The notes beneath the pieces were generated by a model. It was not told where the DNA came from and did no database searches. It was given only the letters and a program-made list of their open reading frames with translations. Positions 18,111-29,389 of a DNA stretch of 36,372 nucleotides are shown piece after piece; within the stretch, counting starts at the first letter, position 1, and each line of letters opens with the position of its first letter. Both the position numbers and the translations under genes were made by a program. The stretch lies in NCBI GenBank assembly GCA_965234725.1, contig CBDDUX010000066.1, positions 1 through 36,372 of the forward strand, read 5' to 3'. This stretch comes from Thermoplasmatota archaeon. Lineage in GTDB: Archaea; Thermoplasmatota; Penumbrarchaeia; Penumbrarchaeales; Penumbrarchaeaceae.

Positions 18111-18999
18111 CCCTTTTTCCGATCATGGAATTTGGGGGAGGAGAGGGTGCTTTGAAACCAGGTTGGGGTAATGTGACCTTCGGTGTGGTCGAAGGAGGAA
18201 CGTTTGCAGGCGGTTGGACTGCTGCCGGGGGAGATGTTTGAACTGTGGTTGCAGGAGGTTGAGATGGCTGAGGTCCAACAGGGGTTGTCTTCTCCACTGC
18301 AGGTTTGGACGGAGGGACATCTGCCACTGACCCCATCATATCCAAAGCGTCCACCTTATCTGTGATATCCTCGGATACAGGAACCTCCGATACGAGTTCT
18401 ATGCTTTCCTGGAATACCGGACCTGTGCTCGCGGCTGTGTTATCCACCATCTCACCCTGATGTTCATAAGGATTGAAAGTTGAGACCCCCTGTATGGCCT
18501 CATTCGCTATCTGGAGCTCCTCTGATATCCTCCCTCCGGGATCTCCCTTCTGATCGGAACTACCGGGTGCAACGAAATTATCTAGAGCATGGAGGTCACC
18601 CTCTGAAACATGGATCTTCTTCTGGTCAAGTTTCCTGGCAATATCTTCATAAGATCCCATTGTGTCCTTGTAATTGGGCCTAAGCTTGGCCTGTTGCTTG
18701 GCCAACCTTTCGCGGATCTGCTCGGGAGTGGCCCTTTTCCAAACTGCATATCTGAGGCCTTTCCAGGGCATGTTGACATAGATCGGATCATAGATCTCGA
18801 CTATCAGTTCTCCCTTTACTTCCTTTGCAACGCTCATCGCATCCTTGCGCAGCTTCTCTGATGATTTATGGACATCGAACTGGAAGGGATCATCGCAAAG
18901 TATCCATCCCTTGTTCTCAAGGGCCCTGAAAACCTCGCCTTCCCTGTCGATCGTGATCGTTTCGAACCTGATCTTGGGTTTCTTGTTGAATAGACCCAT
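18094..18999 (-). CDS. Hypothetical protein: globular N-terminal ~110 aa plus disordered Pro/Thr-rich tail
   Basis: GGAGGT SD before ATG 18999; its stop overlaps the start of the next gene. Confidence 0.7.
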   Translation of the reverse strand: MGLFNKKPKIRFETITIDREGEVFRALENKGWILCDDPFQFDVHKSSEKLRKDAMSVAKEVKGELIVEIYDPIYVNMPWKGLRYAVWKRATPEQIRERLAKQQAKLRPNYKDTMGSYEDIARKLDQKKIHVSEGDLHALDNFVAPGSSDQKGDPGGRISEELQIANEAIQGVSTFNPYEHQGEMVDNTAASTGPVFQESIELVSEVPVSEDITDKVDALDMMGSVADVPPSKPAVEKTTPVGPQPSQPPATTVQTSPPAAVQPPANVPPSTTPKVTLPQPGFKAPSPPPNSMIGKRDDDES

Positions 19000-19326
19000 G
19001 GACCTACCTCCACATAGGAACCGCATCTGGACTTCGGGGGACCAGGGAGCAGCCAGGGTGAAGTGGGGTTTCAGTTATTTTTTTGTTTCCTTAATGTTAG
19101 ATGGAATTCTGATCGGGTTCATGGAAAAGTCCAATGACCATATGAAAAAATCGAACCCTGGCCATTAACGTATGGATTTTCTGTCATCATGACCAAGATG
19201 AGAGGGATATAAGAGAAAAAACCCTTCTCCCTTCTGGATATAAGTAGGGGGCATGTGAATGAAAGTTTTTTTATCGAACCTACATGATTGGAGCCGTCGA
19301 CATACGAAATAACAGGCAGGTACATA

Positions 19327-19914
19327 ATGGACAGGCCAAGCAAAGTGGATGAAGGACCCAATAAAAAAGAACGAATGTCCTCGGTCTATGTGAAATGGGT
19401 AGCCATAGGGATCGGGGTGTTCATGGTCATGGTTGGAGGTTTGCTCCTACTGTGGGGTTTTTCATACCAGGCAACCGTGGGAGAGCCGACCGATCTGGAG
19501 GGTGATGAACTTAAAGGGGGTCCTGTCCTGGTCCCGATAGGAGCTGCTTCCATCGCATTTGGAGCATTATGGCTATTCTATGGGATCAAGGGATTCAAAC
19601 GTCCGGGAGAGGAGGTCGGCATGAAAAGATGTCCTCATTGCGGAAAGACCATCGAGGAGGACCTTAATTTCTGCTATCACTGCGCCACGACCTTCACCAC
19701 TCCCGAAGAGGTGGAAAGGGAGATGAGGTCTGTGGAAGAGGAAGAAGAAGAGGATCCTGAGGAAAGTACCTCGGATGATGGTCCGTCCAAAGGTCAGATG
19801 GCCAGGATGAGGAGGCAGCAGGAAAGGAGACCATCATCCGATAATGAGTTGGATGGCATTGAAAGAAGAGCTTCTCCTCTTAAAGGACTTGAAGGAGGGG
19901 GGAAGGGTCAGTGA
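19327..19914 (+). CDS. Membrane protein (2 TM) with zinc ribbon and acidic tail
   Basis: Two hydrophobic segments and CPHCGK...FCYHCA. Start placed at ATG 19327 (track start 19288). Confidence 0.75.
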   Translation: MDRPSKVDEGPNKKERMSSVYVKWVAIGIGVFMVMVGGLLLLWGFSYQATVGEPTDLEGDELKGGPVLVPIGAASIAFGALWLFYGIKGFKRPGEEVGMKRCPHCGKTIEEDLNFCYHCATTFTTPEEVEREMRSVEEEEEEDPEESTSDDGPSKGQMARMRRQQERRPSSDNELDGIERRASPLKGLEGGGKGQ

Positions 19915-19948
19915 AAGTATTTTTAGACCATGGTATATACACTCGTTC

Positions 19949-21124
19949 ATGAAGACCGCCCTTGACGCCCTCAAGCGTAGCAATATATTCAAAGACCAAT
20001 CAAAACTTTCCTTTGACTTCGTCCCAGAGGAACTACCGGGCAGGGAAAAGGAGATGGACGGTCTTGCAAGATTGTTCAGACCCGTACTCTACGATAAGAT
20101 GAGCCAAACTGCACTCATAACAGGACCTGTTGGCTCTGGTAAGACCGCTGTGGTGAAAAGATTCTGCATGGTCCTGGAAAAAGCAGGATTGGAGAACAGA
20201 AGGAGGATCGAGAGCGTCCACGTCAACTGCAGGAACCGGAAATCAGAATCCATGGTCCTGCTCTCCATCCTCACCCACTTCGATCCCAGGTTCCCCGACA
20301 GAGGATTCTCCATTCCGGAAATGATAGAGATCCTTAAGAAGCATCTCAAAAGGAAGGAATGCCACCTGGTCATAGTCCTGGATGAGGCGGATGTGCTCCT
20401 GAAAAGGTCCGGATCGGACCTTGTCTATAATTTCACACGTATCCAGGAGGAGGATTCAGACCTCCTGGGTTCGATCTCCCTTGTCATGGTCAGCCAGAAG
20501 GCAGTAGTCCAGCTTCTTGACAAGGCATCACTTTCCACTTTCAAGAGGACGAACCATCTGGAGTTCGGGAAATACGATATGGATGTCCTCAAGGCAATAG
20601 TGGACCAGAGGATAGAAATGGCCTTCCATCAGAATATCGTGGAAGATGGTGTCTCCGAGATGATCGCCTCCATGGCAGAGGAGTACGGCGATGCCAGATT
20701 TGCAATTGAACTCCTTGAGAAATCCGGGATGGTTGCTGAGGAGAAGGGAAGCGATACGGTCAATCCGGAGCATTCCAGATGGGCCAAGGCTGACGTGAAG
20801 CCGTTCATCTTCGAGGAGACAATACATCAGCTCAATGTCCATGAACAGGTGATGCTCCTTGCCGCATCCAGGCTCCTGAAAAGGACCGCCTACTGTTCCA
20901 CAGGAGAGCTTGAAACAGAATATCAGGCATTGTGTGAACAGGTCAACAAGAAACCCCTGGGGCATACCCAGTTCTGGCAGTACATGAAGGAGATGGATGC
21001 TTTCGGCCTGATCTCAACGAAGAGGTCCGGGAAAGGTACTGTGGGGAACACTACTCTGATAACGATCCAGGACGTTCCTGTCCAGGAGCTTATCGAATAC
21101 CTTGAAAGGACCTTGCTTTCCTGA
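19949..21124 (+). CDS. cdc6: ORC1/Cdc6-type replication initiator
   Basis: DFVPEELPGRE, Walker A GPVGSGKT, HVNC, Walker B IVLDEAD, sensor GDARFAI, C-terminal winged helix. Start placed at ATG 19949. Confidence 0.93.
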   Translation: MKTALDALKRSNIFKDQSKLSFDFVPEELPGREKEMDGLARLFRPVLYDKMSQTALITGPVGSGKTAVVKRFCMVLEKAGLENRRRIESVHVNCRNRKSESMVLLSILTHFDPRFPDRGFSIPEMIEILKKHLKRKECHLVIVLDEADVLLKRSGSDLVYNFTRIQEEDSDLLGSISLVMVSQKAVVQLLDKASLSTFKRTNHLEFGKYDMDVLKAIVDQRIEMAFHQNIVEDGVSEMIASMAEEYGDARFAIELLEKSGMVAEEKGSDTVNPEHSRWAKADVKPFIFEETIHQLNVHEQVMLLAASRLLKRTAYCSTGELETEYQALCEQVNKKPLGHTQFWQYMKEMDAFGLISTKRSGKGTVGNTTLITIQDVPVQELIEYLERTLLS

Positions 21125-21185
21125 TGGTTCTAAGATTAAGGTCAGCTTGAACGGAACCCCTCAATATTCGTGCTTCCTACCATGA

Positions 21186-24100
21186 TCAGAGATCTGGCGG
21201 AGGAGGGGGAAGGTTCGTTGCTTTTGGTTCGGGAGGTTCTTCTTCCGGTGCATCTGCGAAAAGATCGTCTACCTGGCTCCCCTGTGAATCAGCATCCTCC
21301 TCAACCGGAGGCCTCCAGATATTCTTATCAGCATCATCTTCCGCCGGTTTTTCCTGTCTGAGGGTCTCTGCCGCATCCTCAAGGAAGGAATCGGGGAACT
21401 CATCTTCAGGTTCCGGTGCAGGAGGAAGACCCTGAGGGATGCCCCCTCCGGATACATTTTCCTGATCAGGGCCAGGTGGAAGACCCTGCATTGCCTGGCC
21501 TGGAAGACCCTGCTGACCTCCAGGTGGAAGTCCTGTCTCCGGAGCATAGGCCATCTGCTGGACCACCGGTTTCGGTTTTCTCATTGCAACGAAGAGGAAG
21601 AATCCCAGAGCTGCTATGACCAGGATGACCACTATCAAGATCACAATGATGAGAAGCAGGTCGGAATTCCCGTCATCTCCACCACTTTTTACAGGATGGG
21701 ATTTGGGGTCAAGTGGGTTCGTATCCTTCTGGTATTCATCCAAATTTGTGAATCCGTCCTTGTCATTATCCAGACCGGCATCGTTGATATTCTTGTTCAG
21801 ACCGTTATCATCCTCATAGACATCAGGCATACCATCTCCGTCGGAATCCAGGTCCGGATCAGGTTCCGGTTCTTCCTTGGGATAAATGGTGATGGTCCTG
21901 GTGATCTGCTCTTTGAGGCCTGAGGGGTCGGCAACCGTTACGGTGATTATGTATGATTGGTCCTTCTTGTAGCTGTGGACCACATTCTCTCCTGTAACCG
22001 TTCCAGTATTGTCCCCGAAATCCCAGGTTACCGTCAGATCGTCCCCATCCGGATCGTTCAGGTCCTCAACGAAGAAGGTGATGTTGTTGCCTACAACAAG
22101 GTCCACGGATGTTCCCCAATCGACCCTGAAGTCCCCGGGAGGATCGTTCGTGTTCACCACTTCATACTGGACTATGACCGAATCCGCCTCCTCGTCCTCA
22201 TCAAGCACAGTGATCACAACGGTATGGAAGCCCACCATGTCCTGGTTCGGTCTGATGGTGAAGTTGCCGGCGAAATCATCAAGGGGATCCTGGAAGAACT
22301 GGAAGCTTGTATCCACGACACCGGAAGCTTCCCTGGCCTCGAATGTGATCGAATCCTTGGGATCGATATCCTGTGCTGTCACATAGATGTAAAAAAGTGA
22401 ATCCTCCAGTGCATACTGTCCGGTCTCCTGTGTCAAGAATATCTTTCTTACTGACCCATCCTTGACAGGGATCTCGTTGTTGACCGTCAGTATCTCAGGA
22501 GCATCGTTCCTGTTCTCGATCGTCAGCCTGATGGTGATGTCCTGGCTCATGGAATTTGCCGCATCCATGCAGAACAATGAGGTCTCCACCATTGTGGCGA
22601 TGGAATCATCGTTCGTTGGAGTGTAGGTGACATAGGCCTTGAGTGGATCTGTCGGATGGGGATGGACCTCCCAACCCTGGCCTCCTACGGACCAGGTCAG
22701 AAGATCTGCCTGTCCTATGAGTATGTCCGGATCCGAGGCGGTGACCGTGAGGTTGATCTCCGAATCCTCCCTGACATTCCTGAAGGTGGGATTATCTTCT
22801 GTTGTCAGGTCGAAGGACGCTCCCTTCAGAGACCATTCGATCTCAACCAGTTCGGGTTTGTCGTTCTTGTTGGTAATGACGAACATGAGGTCGGCATAGT
22901 CGTCCTCGTCCCTTCCCTTCTGATCATCGACCCAGATCCTTACATAGGTGGTTCCCACGTCGTCGTTTGTTGGAAGGAATGAAACCTGACCGTTTTTGTT
23001 CATCGTGAACGCGGGGGTGGTGGCATTGTGGGTGTAGACCAGCCTAGTAAGGTCCTCAGTATCGTTGTCCCCGCCGTAGATCTTCTTGTCCCGATAAATG
23101 TTCCTTCCCTGCTGGAAGGATATCAGTATCGGTTCATGATCATTCGGAATTGCTCCACCTACAGGGGCGTCAACCTTCTCGATGTAAGCATCATCGTTCA
23201 CAGGGTTCACAACGATCTCGAAGGTATTGGAGATCGCCTCCCTGTCATCTATGGAGATCGAAGCATCAAGTACACCGTAATCGTAACAACGTACCTTGTA
23301 TTCTCCCTCACCATACCAATTTGGTTCCGTAACGTTTACCCAAAGGTACCTACCATCCTTGATGGTGACCTCCAGCTCATCCGGATTTGTTACACCTGAC
23401 GGTTTGGTAACCTTGAACTCGAGAGGCGTAATGGTATCCTCATCGGAAAAGTGGGTAAGAAGGTCCGTCACATACCATGGACCCTCATCTTCCTCGAAAT
23501 CCTGGTCCTCTATGGGAAGAGAGAATGTCGGGGCCTTGTTGGGGGGTATCAGATCCGCGGAGATCGAAGTGATGTTGTAGAACATCTCAGCGTTACCCTC
23601 AGCTCCTGGATAGTATCGACCGCTTTGGGTGTCACCCCAGTAGGAAACGGGTCTCATCCCAATCCAAAGATGGTCCGCCTGTGTCCGGTAATTGATGGTC
23701 ACGGGATCCATATTGAAAAGTGCTGCTGCAGCTGGCAGGCTATCGCCGGGAGTATAGATGCCCAGCTGTTGAGATGTGTAATTCAACCATACCAGATAGA
23801 TGACCATCAAAGTGGTTGTCGGAGATTGGGTCCCGTATAATCCGTATGGATTGAACATGGTTCCCCTCTCCTCGGTGGCAACATCTACACTGAGACCGAA
23901 CCTGATCTCGTCACCCCTATCTATGTCCAGGTTCGTGTCCGTAATTGCTCCTGACAGATCGAACCAGTCGAAAAGGTCATGGGACCGATTTATACTCTGC
24001 ATCTTTGGGGGGGCGTTCGTCGAATTATATATTGGTCCCACACCAAAGAAACCGTTCCATTCGGTCCTTGTGGTACTTGTGATGTCTATCTTGAAAGAGT

Positions 24101-24812
24101 AGTTGAGACTCGTACTGTTCCAGGACCTGAACCTCAGCATGATGGGTATTTCAAGGTTGAGGGTCAAGTCGCCTTCGGGGACGATCACTATTGTTTTACT
24201 ACTTCCATGGAATTTTCCAACTGATTCAAAACCACCGTCTATCCATTGCCCGAACAGGTAATCCACCTGGAGGATCTCAACCGTAAGAGAGGCGTTCTGG
24301 TCCACGGCATCCGTGGAGGTTACGGTGATCTCGAGTCTGTCAACTGTCGAATTGATACCGTCGCTTGTCAGATTTACCTGATAGAAGTCCTCGTCATCGA
24401 ATGTGATGGTGGTTCCAGAGATGGTCGATGTAACATTATTGGAGATCTCATCGTCATCATAGGCATAGAACGGGTTGTCGATATCATCGGCTTCTTCTTC
24501 AGCCATGATCGAATCGGTCATGGTCCTCATGGATGACCTTGGGATCCTGCTTGTATCATATAGTGAAGCTGGAATATTGTCAATATCATCGATGTCGATC
24601 GTCCTGAAGTCTCCTACTCCGGCTTCCATGAGTTCGTTCAGATCGATGAATGGCTGATCGGGTTCAAGCAGACCGGACGGGGTCTGTTCAACTTCGGGTA
24701 CTTGTATATCGGCATCAGTTTCCGTGGACGTTCCTGCGTCCACAAAGAATGGTATGACAGTTGTGATCATCATGATGGCGATCAACAATGGAAAAAATCC
24801 GTTTCTCTTCAT
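21186..24812 (-). CDS. Large surface adhesin-like protein: cadherin-like repeats, PKD domain, Ca-binding TSP3-like repeats, TM segment, Pro/acidic tail
   Basis: GGAGG SD before MKRNGFF (24812) and a signal peptide. Repeated NxAP/NDxP domain starts, WDFGDN, DSDGDGMPDVYE and DNDKDGFTNLDEY. TM segment LLLIIVILIVVILVIAALGFFLFV. Confidence 0.85.
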   Translation of the reverse strand: MKRNGFFPLLIAIMMITTVIPFFVDAGTSTETDADIQVPEVEQTPSGLLEPDQPFIDLNELMEAGVGDFRTIDIDDIDNIPASLYDTSRIPRSSMRTMTDSIMAEEEADDIDNPFYAYDDDEISNNVTSTISGTTITFDDEDFYQVNLTSDGINSTVDRLEITVTSTDAVDQNASLTVEILQVDYLFGQWIDGGFESVGKFHGSSKTIVIVPEGDLTLNLEIPIMLRFRSWNSTSLNYSFKIDITSTTRTEWNGFFGVGPIYNSTNAPPKMQSINRSHDLFDWFDLSGAITDTNLDIDRGDEIRFGLSVDVATEERGTMFNPYGLYGTQSPTTTLMVIYLVWLNYTSQQLGIYTPGDSLPAAAALFNMDPVTINYRTQADHLWIGMRPVSYWGDTQSGRYYPGAEGNAEMFYNITSISADLIPPNKAPTFSLPIEDQDFEEDEGPWYVTDLLTHFSDEDTITPLEFKVTKPSGVTNPDELEVTIKDGRYLWVNVTEPNWYGEGEYKVRCYDYGVLDASISIDDREAISNTFEIVVNPVNDDAYIEKVDAPVGGAIPNDHEPILISFQQGRNIYRDKKIYGGDNDTEDLTRLVYTHNATTPAFTMNKNGQVSFLPTNDDVGTTYVRIWVDDQKGRDEDDYADLMFVITNKNDKPELVEIEWSLKGASFDLTTEDNPTFRNVREDSEINLTVTASDPDILIGQADLLTWSVGGQGWEVHPHPTDPLKAYVTYTPTNDDSIATMVETSLFCMDAANSMSQDITIRLTIENRNDAPEILTVNNEIPVKDGSVRKIFLTQETGQYALEDSLFYIYVTAQDIDPKDSITFEAREASGVVDTSFQFFQDPLDDFAGNFTIRPNQDMVGFHTVVITVLDEDEEADSVIVQYEVVNTNDPPGDFRVDWGTSVDLVVGNNITFFVEDLNDPDGDDLTVTWDFGDNTGTVTGENVVHSYKKDQSYIITVTVADPSGLKEQITRTITIYPKEEPEPDPDLDSDGDGMPDVYEDDNGLNKNINDAGLDNDKDGFTNLDEYQKDTNPLDPKSHPVKSGGDDGNSDLLLIIVILIVVILVIAALGFFLFVAMRKPKPVVQQMAYAPETGLPPGGQQGLPGQAMQGLPPGPDQENVSGGGIPQGLPPAPEPEDEFPDSFLEDAAETLRQEKPAEDDADKNIWRPPVEEDADSQGSQVDDLFADAPEEEPPEPKATNLPPPPPDL

Positions 24813-24943
24813 GCATTTTCCTCCAGGATGGCTGTTTCGGGTGCATCGAGGGGCAGCATATGCCCTATCAATGGTCCAGATGAACAAAGTGATTATAAAG
24901 TGTTTATGGTCAGTTGCGGCACTAATAATGTCAGGATGTTGTG

Positions 24944-25339
24944 TCAAGAGGGCCTTGTCCAGACATCGTCCGGGATGTCCTGGTATACATTGAAATCATC
25001 ATCCTCGATGGGACAATCATTACCATCCACACAGGACATGACCTCTATGGCATTCTTCTTGAGGAGCCAGTAGTGTATCCTCCACTCCCTGCCGTCATAG
25101 AGTGTTGTCTCCTCCCTTTCCGTGACAAGGAGTCCGAAATCCTCCAGCATGTAGAACAGGTCCCTATCCTCCGGTTCCAGAATATTATCAACTATCCTGT
25201 CACCGAAACCGAAGAAATTGAGGACATGGTATGCCATGTTCTGGGCATCCTCCTGGCTCATATTGTGCTCCTTGTAAGAGTTGACAATGGCCGCCGTCAT
25301 TCTGTTGAGACTGATGATAAGACCCATATTCCCTACCAA
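24944..25339 (-). CDS. Conserved Thermoplasmatota protein (DUF6015-like)
   Basis: HVLNFFGFGDRIVDNILEPEDRDLFYMLED...EREETTLYDGREWRIHYW, recognised from memory as this family. Confidence 0.8.
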   Translation of the reverse strand: MVGNMGLIISLNRMTAAIVNSYKEHNMSQEDAQNMAYHVLNFFGFGDRIVDNILEPEDRDLFYMLEDFGLLVTEREETTLYDGREWRIHYWLLKKNAIEVMSCVDGNDCPIEDDDFNVYQDIPDDVWTRPS

Positions 25340-25543
25340 GCTACCACCTTATGCACTCTATGGAGGAGGTTACCTCCGGGGGCGGACCCGCCTATATAAG
25401 AAGCTATATATTACCGTTGTGGGGGTATTGATACTTAGATCAGCCACCGTTCAAGATGTGTAAAGGGTCCGTTGCACCGTTTGATAGCAAACTATTATAA
25501 GTCCTGTCCGATTTTGGTTGATATCCTACCTGGAGGAATGTGA

Positions 25544-26137
25544 TTGGCCTCGACCGACAGGCAACATGAGAAGAAGCTCCGAGAAGCAGAGAAGGCCTAT
25601 AACAAATGGAAGAAGGCATTCCTTGCGGGAAAGATCTCAAAGGATGAGCTGAAGGAACATCTTCGGCCGTTCAAATACGAGCTCAACGAGCTCAATCTGG
25701 TTAAGCTCAAGGAAGGAGATCTGCCCCCTGAAGCGGAAAAAGAGAGCGGATCCGAGGATCAAAAAGTCCCTGAGACCAAGCCCATGGCATCGGTCTCCTA
25801 TCCACCCTGGAAGAAAAGATCCTCTATTACAATGGATGAGATAGAGGAGAGGGTAGACCTCCTTTCCCTCGATTCGAGGCCTTCGGAGACCCTTCAGATG
25901 CTTTATGAGAAAAGATACGGAGAAGAACTTTCACCTCCGTCCGATCCGGTCACCTTCAAAGTGGAGAGCGAAGATGATGAGGAATATCTGCTTCCCGGAG
26001 CCAGTATCAGACAGCTTCCCTCCTTCGAAGAGGAGGAGAAGGAAGAGGATACACCGGGGGAGCTTGAAGGACCCGTGAAGAGGAAAGAGAGAAAGCCTTT
26101 CTGGAAGGGACTGGGAAGAAGGAAGAAGGATGGATAA
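25544..26137 (+). CDS. Hypothetical charged protein, probably co-transcribed with the proteasome alpha paralog
   Basis: GGAGG SD before TTG; ends 12 bp before the next gene. Confidence 0.72.
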   Translation: MASTDRQHEKKLREAEKAYNKWKKAFLAGKISKDELKEHLRPFKYELNELNLVKLKEGDLPPEAEKESGSEDQKVPETKPMASVSYPPWKKRSSITMDEIEERVDLLSLDSRPSETLQMLYEKRYGEELSPPSDPVTFKVESEDDEEYLLPGASIRQLPSFEEEEKEEDTPGELEGPVKRKERKPFWKGLGRRKKDG

Positions 26138-26149
26138 TCGCGGTGATAG

Positions 26150-27118
26150 ATGATGGAAAAGGACCACTATGATCAGGCGGCAACTGTATTCTCACCGGAT
26201 GGAAGGGTATATCAGGTGGAATATGCGAGGGAGGCCATCAAGAGAGGTGGTCTGGCAATGGGTATCCGCTTCAAGGGCGGGATACTGTTCACCATAGACA
26301 AGTCCATCTTCTCTCCACTTGTGGAAGAGGATAACATAGAGAAGTTCTTCAAGGTGACACCGACCATCGGTGCAGCAGCCTCGGGTTTGATTGCCGATGC
26401 AAGGGTCCTTATCGATCTTCTAAGGGACAAAGCCCAGGCAGAGAAGAGACGATACGGTGAGGAACCCGACATCCATACGATGGTGGAATGGGTGTCCAAG
26501 ATATACGAGGTCTACACCAGATACGAGGGCGTCAGACCATTCGGAACTGCAATAATCATCGGCGGGGTGGACCCAACAGGATTCCACCTGTTCGAAACGG
26601 ATCCATCCGGAGTTTTCCAGGAGAGAAGGGCCACGGCCATAGGGAAGGGATCGAAGACCGCAATGGAGATACTGGAAACCAAACACAGTGTGGACATCAG
26701 CCGTGATGAGGCCATAACACTAACATTCGAGATACTCAAGGCCACCCTTGTTGAGAGGCCTCAGGACATTCCCAAGGGAGAGGAACTCCATATAATCACA
26801 AAGAACGGTTTCGAAAGGATCGACCTCGATGCGGAAGGGGACAGGGTCAAAGAGCTTCTGGAGCGGGTGACGGCAGCCTCTCAAGAGTTGATATCAAAGG
26901 AGAAAGGACAGAAAAAGGAACTCGTGAAGGCTCAAAAGGACCTTCCTGATATACTCCTGGATATCAAAGGAGTATCCCAGGGGATCATGGGATCCCTGAT
27001 CCTGAAATATCCGGATATTGCCTCCCTGAAGAAAGCCAAAAGAAAGGACCTTATGTCCATCCCGGGTATCGGTAAGGTCCTTGCCGATAGGATAATTGAA
27101 GCTGTAAAGGACCTATGA
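26150..27118 (+). CDS. psmA: 20S proteasome alpha-subunit paralog fused to a C-terminal tandem helix-hairpin-helix domain
   Basis: YDQAATVFSPDGRVYQVEYAREAIKRG, IEKF, SGLIADAR, GVRPFG, ETDPSG and ATAIG motifs. C-terminal LLDIKGVS...DLMSIPGIGKVLADRI. GGTGA SD. Confidence 0.88.
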   Translation: MMEKDHYDQAATVFSPDGRVYQVEYAREAIKRGGLAMGIRFKGGILFTIDKSIFSPLVEEDNIEKFFKVTPTIGAAASGLIADARVLIDLLRDKAQAEKRRYGEEPDIHTMVEWVSKIYEVYTRYEGVRPFGTAIIIGGVDPTGFHLFETDPSGVFQERRATAIGKGSKTAMEILETKHSVDISRDEAITLTFEILKATLVERPQDIPKGEELHIITKNGFERIDLDAEGDRVKELLERVTAASQELISKEKGQKKELVKAQKDLPDILLDIKGVSQGIMGSLILKYPDIASLKKAKRKDLMSIPGIGKVLADRIIEAVKDL

Positions 27119-27168
27119 TGCGGTTTCCGTTCCAACCTTCAAATTATTCGGTTTCGTATCAATATCCA

Positions 27169-27603
27169 TCAGGCGAATTTCTTTGTATTCTTCAAGAGCT
27201 TGACGCAGGCTTCCACAGCGCTTCTGGCATTTTCTATTCTGGCCTGGGCCTGTCCCCGGGACATTCCCGGACCGGTGATCCCCAGACCAACTGGTTTGTC
27301 AGCTTCAAGGGAGATATCTATGATCTTCCTCGCAGAATGCTGGATCACAACATCATCATGGTCGGTCTCTCCCTCGATAACAGCTCCCAGGGCAACCACG
27401 CAGTCGATATCCCCCTGTCTGATCAATCTCTTCAGGGCAAAGGGGATGTCATATACTCCAGGAACACTGACGACATCCTTAACCTTGCATCCGAGGAACT
27501 CAGCGTGCGCCTTGGCCCTCTCCAGCATCATCATGGTTATATCGAAGTTGTACTCCGAAACCACAAATCCCATACCGATCTGTCTTTCTGTCATTGTTAT
27601 CAC
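27169..27603 (-). CDS. ribH: 6,7-dimethyl-8-ribityllumazine synthase
   Basis: VSEYNFDIT, VPGVYDIP, LGAVIEGETDHD and KPVGLGITGPG motifs. Confidence 0.95.
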   Translation of the reverse strand: MITMTERQIGMGFVVSEYNFDITMMMLERAKAHAEFLGCKVKDVVSVPGVYDIPFALKRLIRQGDIDCVVALGAVIEGETDHDDVVIQHSARKIIDISLEADKPVGLGITGPGMSRGQAQARIENARSAVEACVKLLKNTKKFA

Positions 27604-27621
27604 TCCATACTATCGATCTTT

Positions 27622-29330
<1,709 letters not shown>

Positions 29331-29389
29331 CGGCAATTACATTGAGGAATTGAAAATAAATATTTTGTAGATACCAAAAAATTGGTAGA

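Noticed and set aside
19000..19326. Replication origin near cdc6 (AT-rich run, G-strings, GGATATAAG twice)
   Set aside because: No convincing repeated ORB consensus (TTCCAxTGGAAA...GGGG); the features fit divergent promoters equally well.
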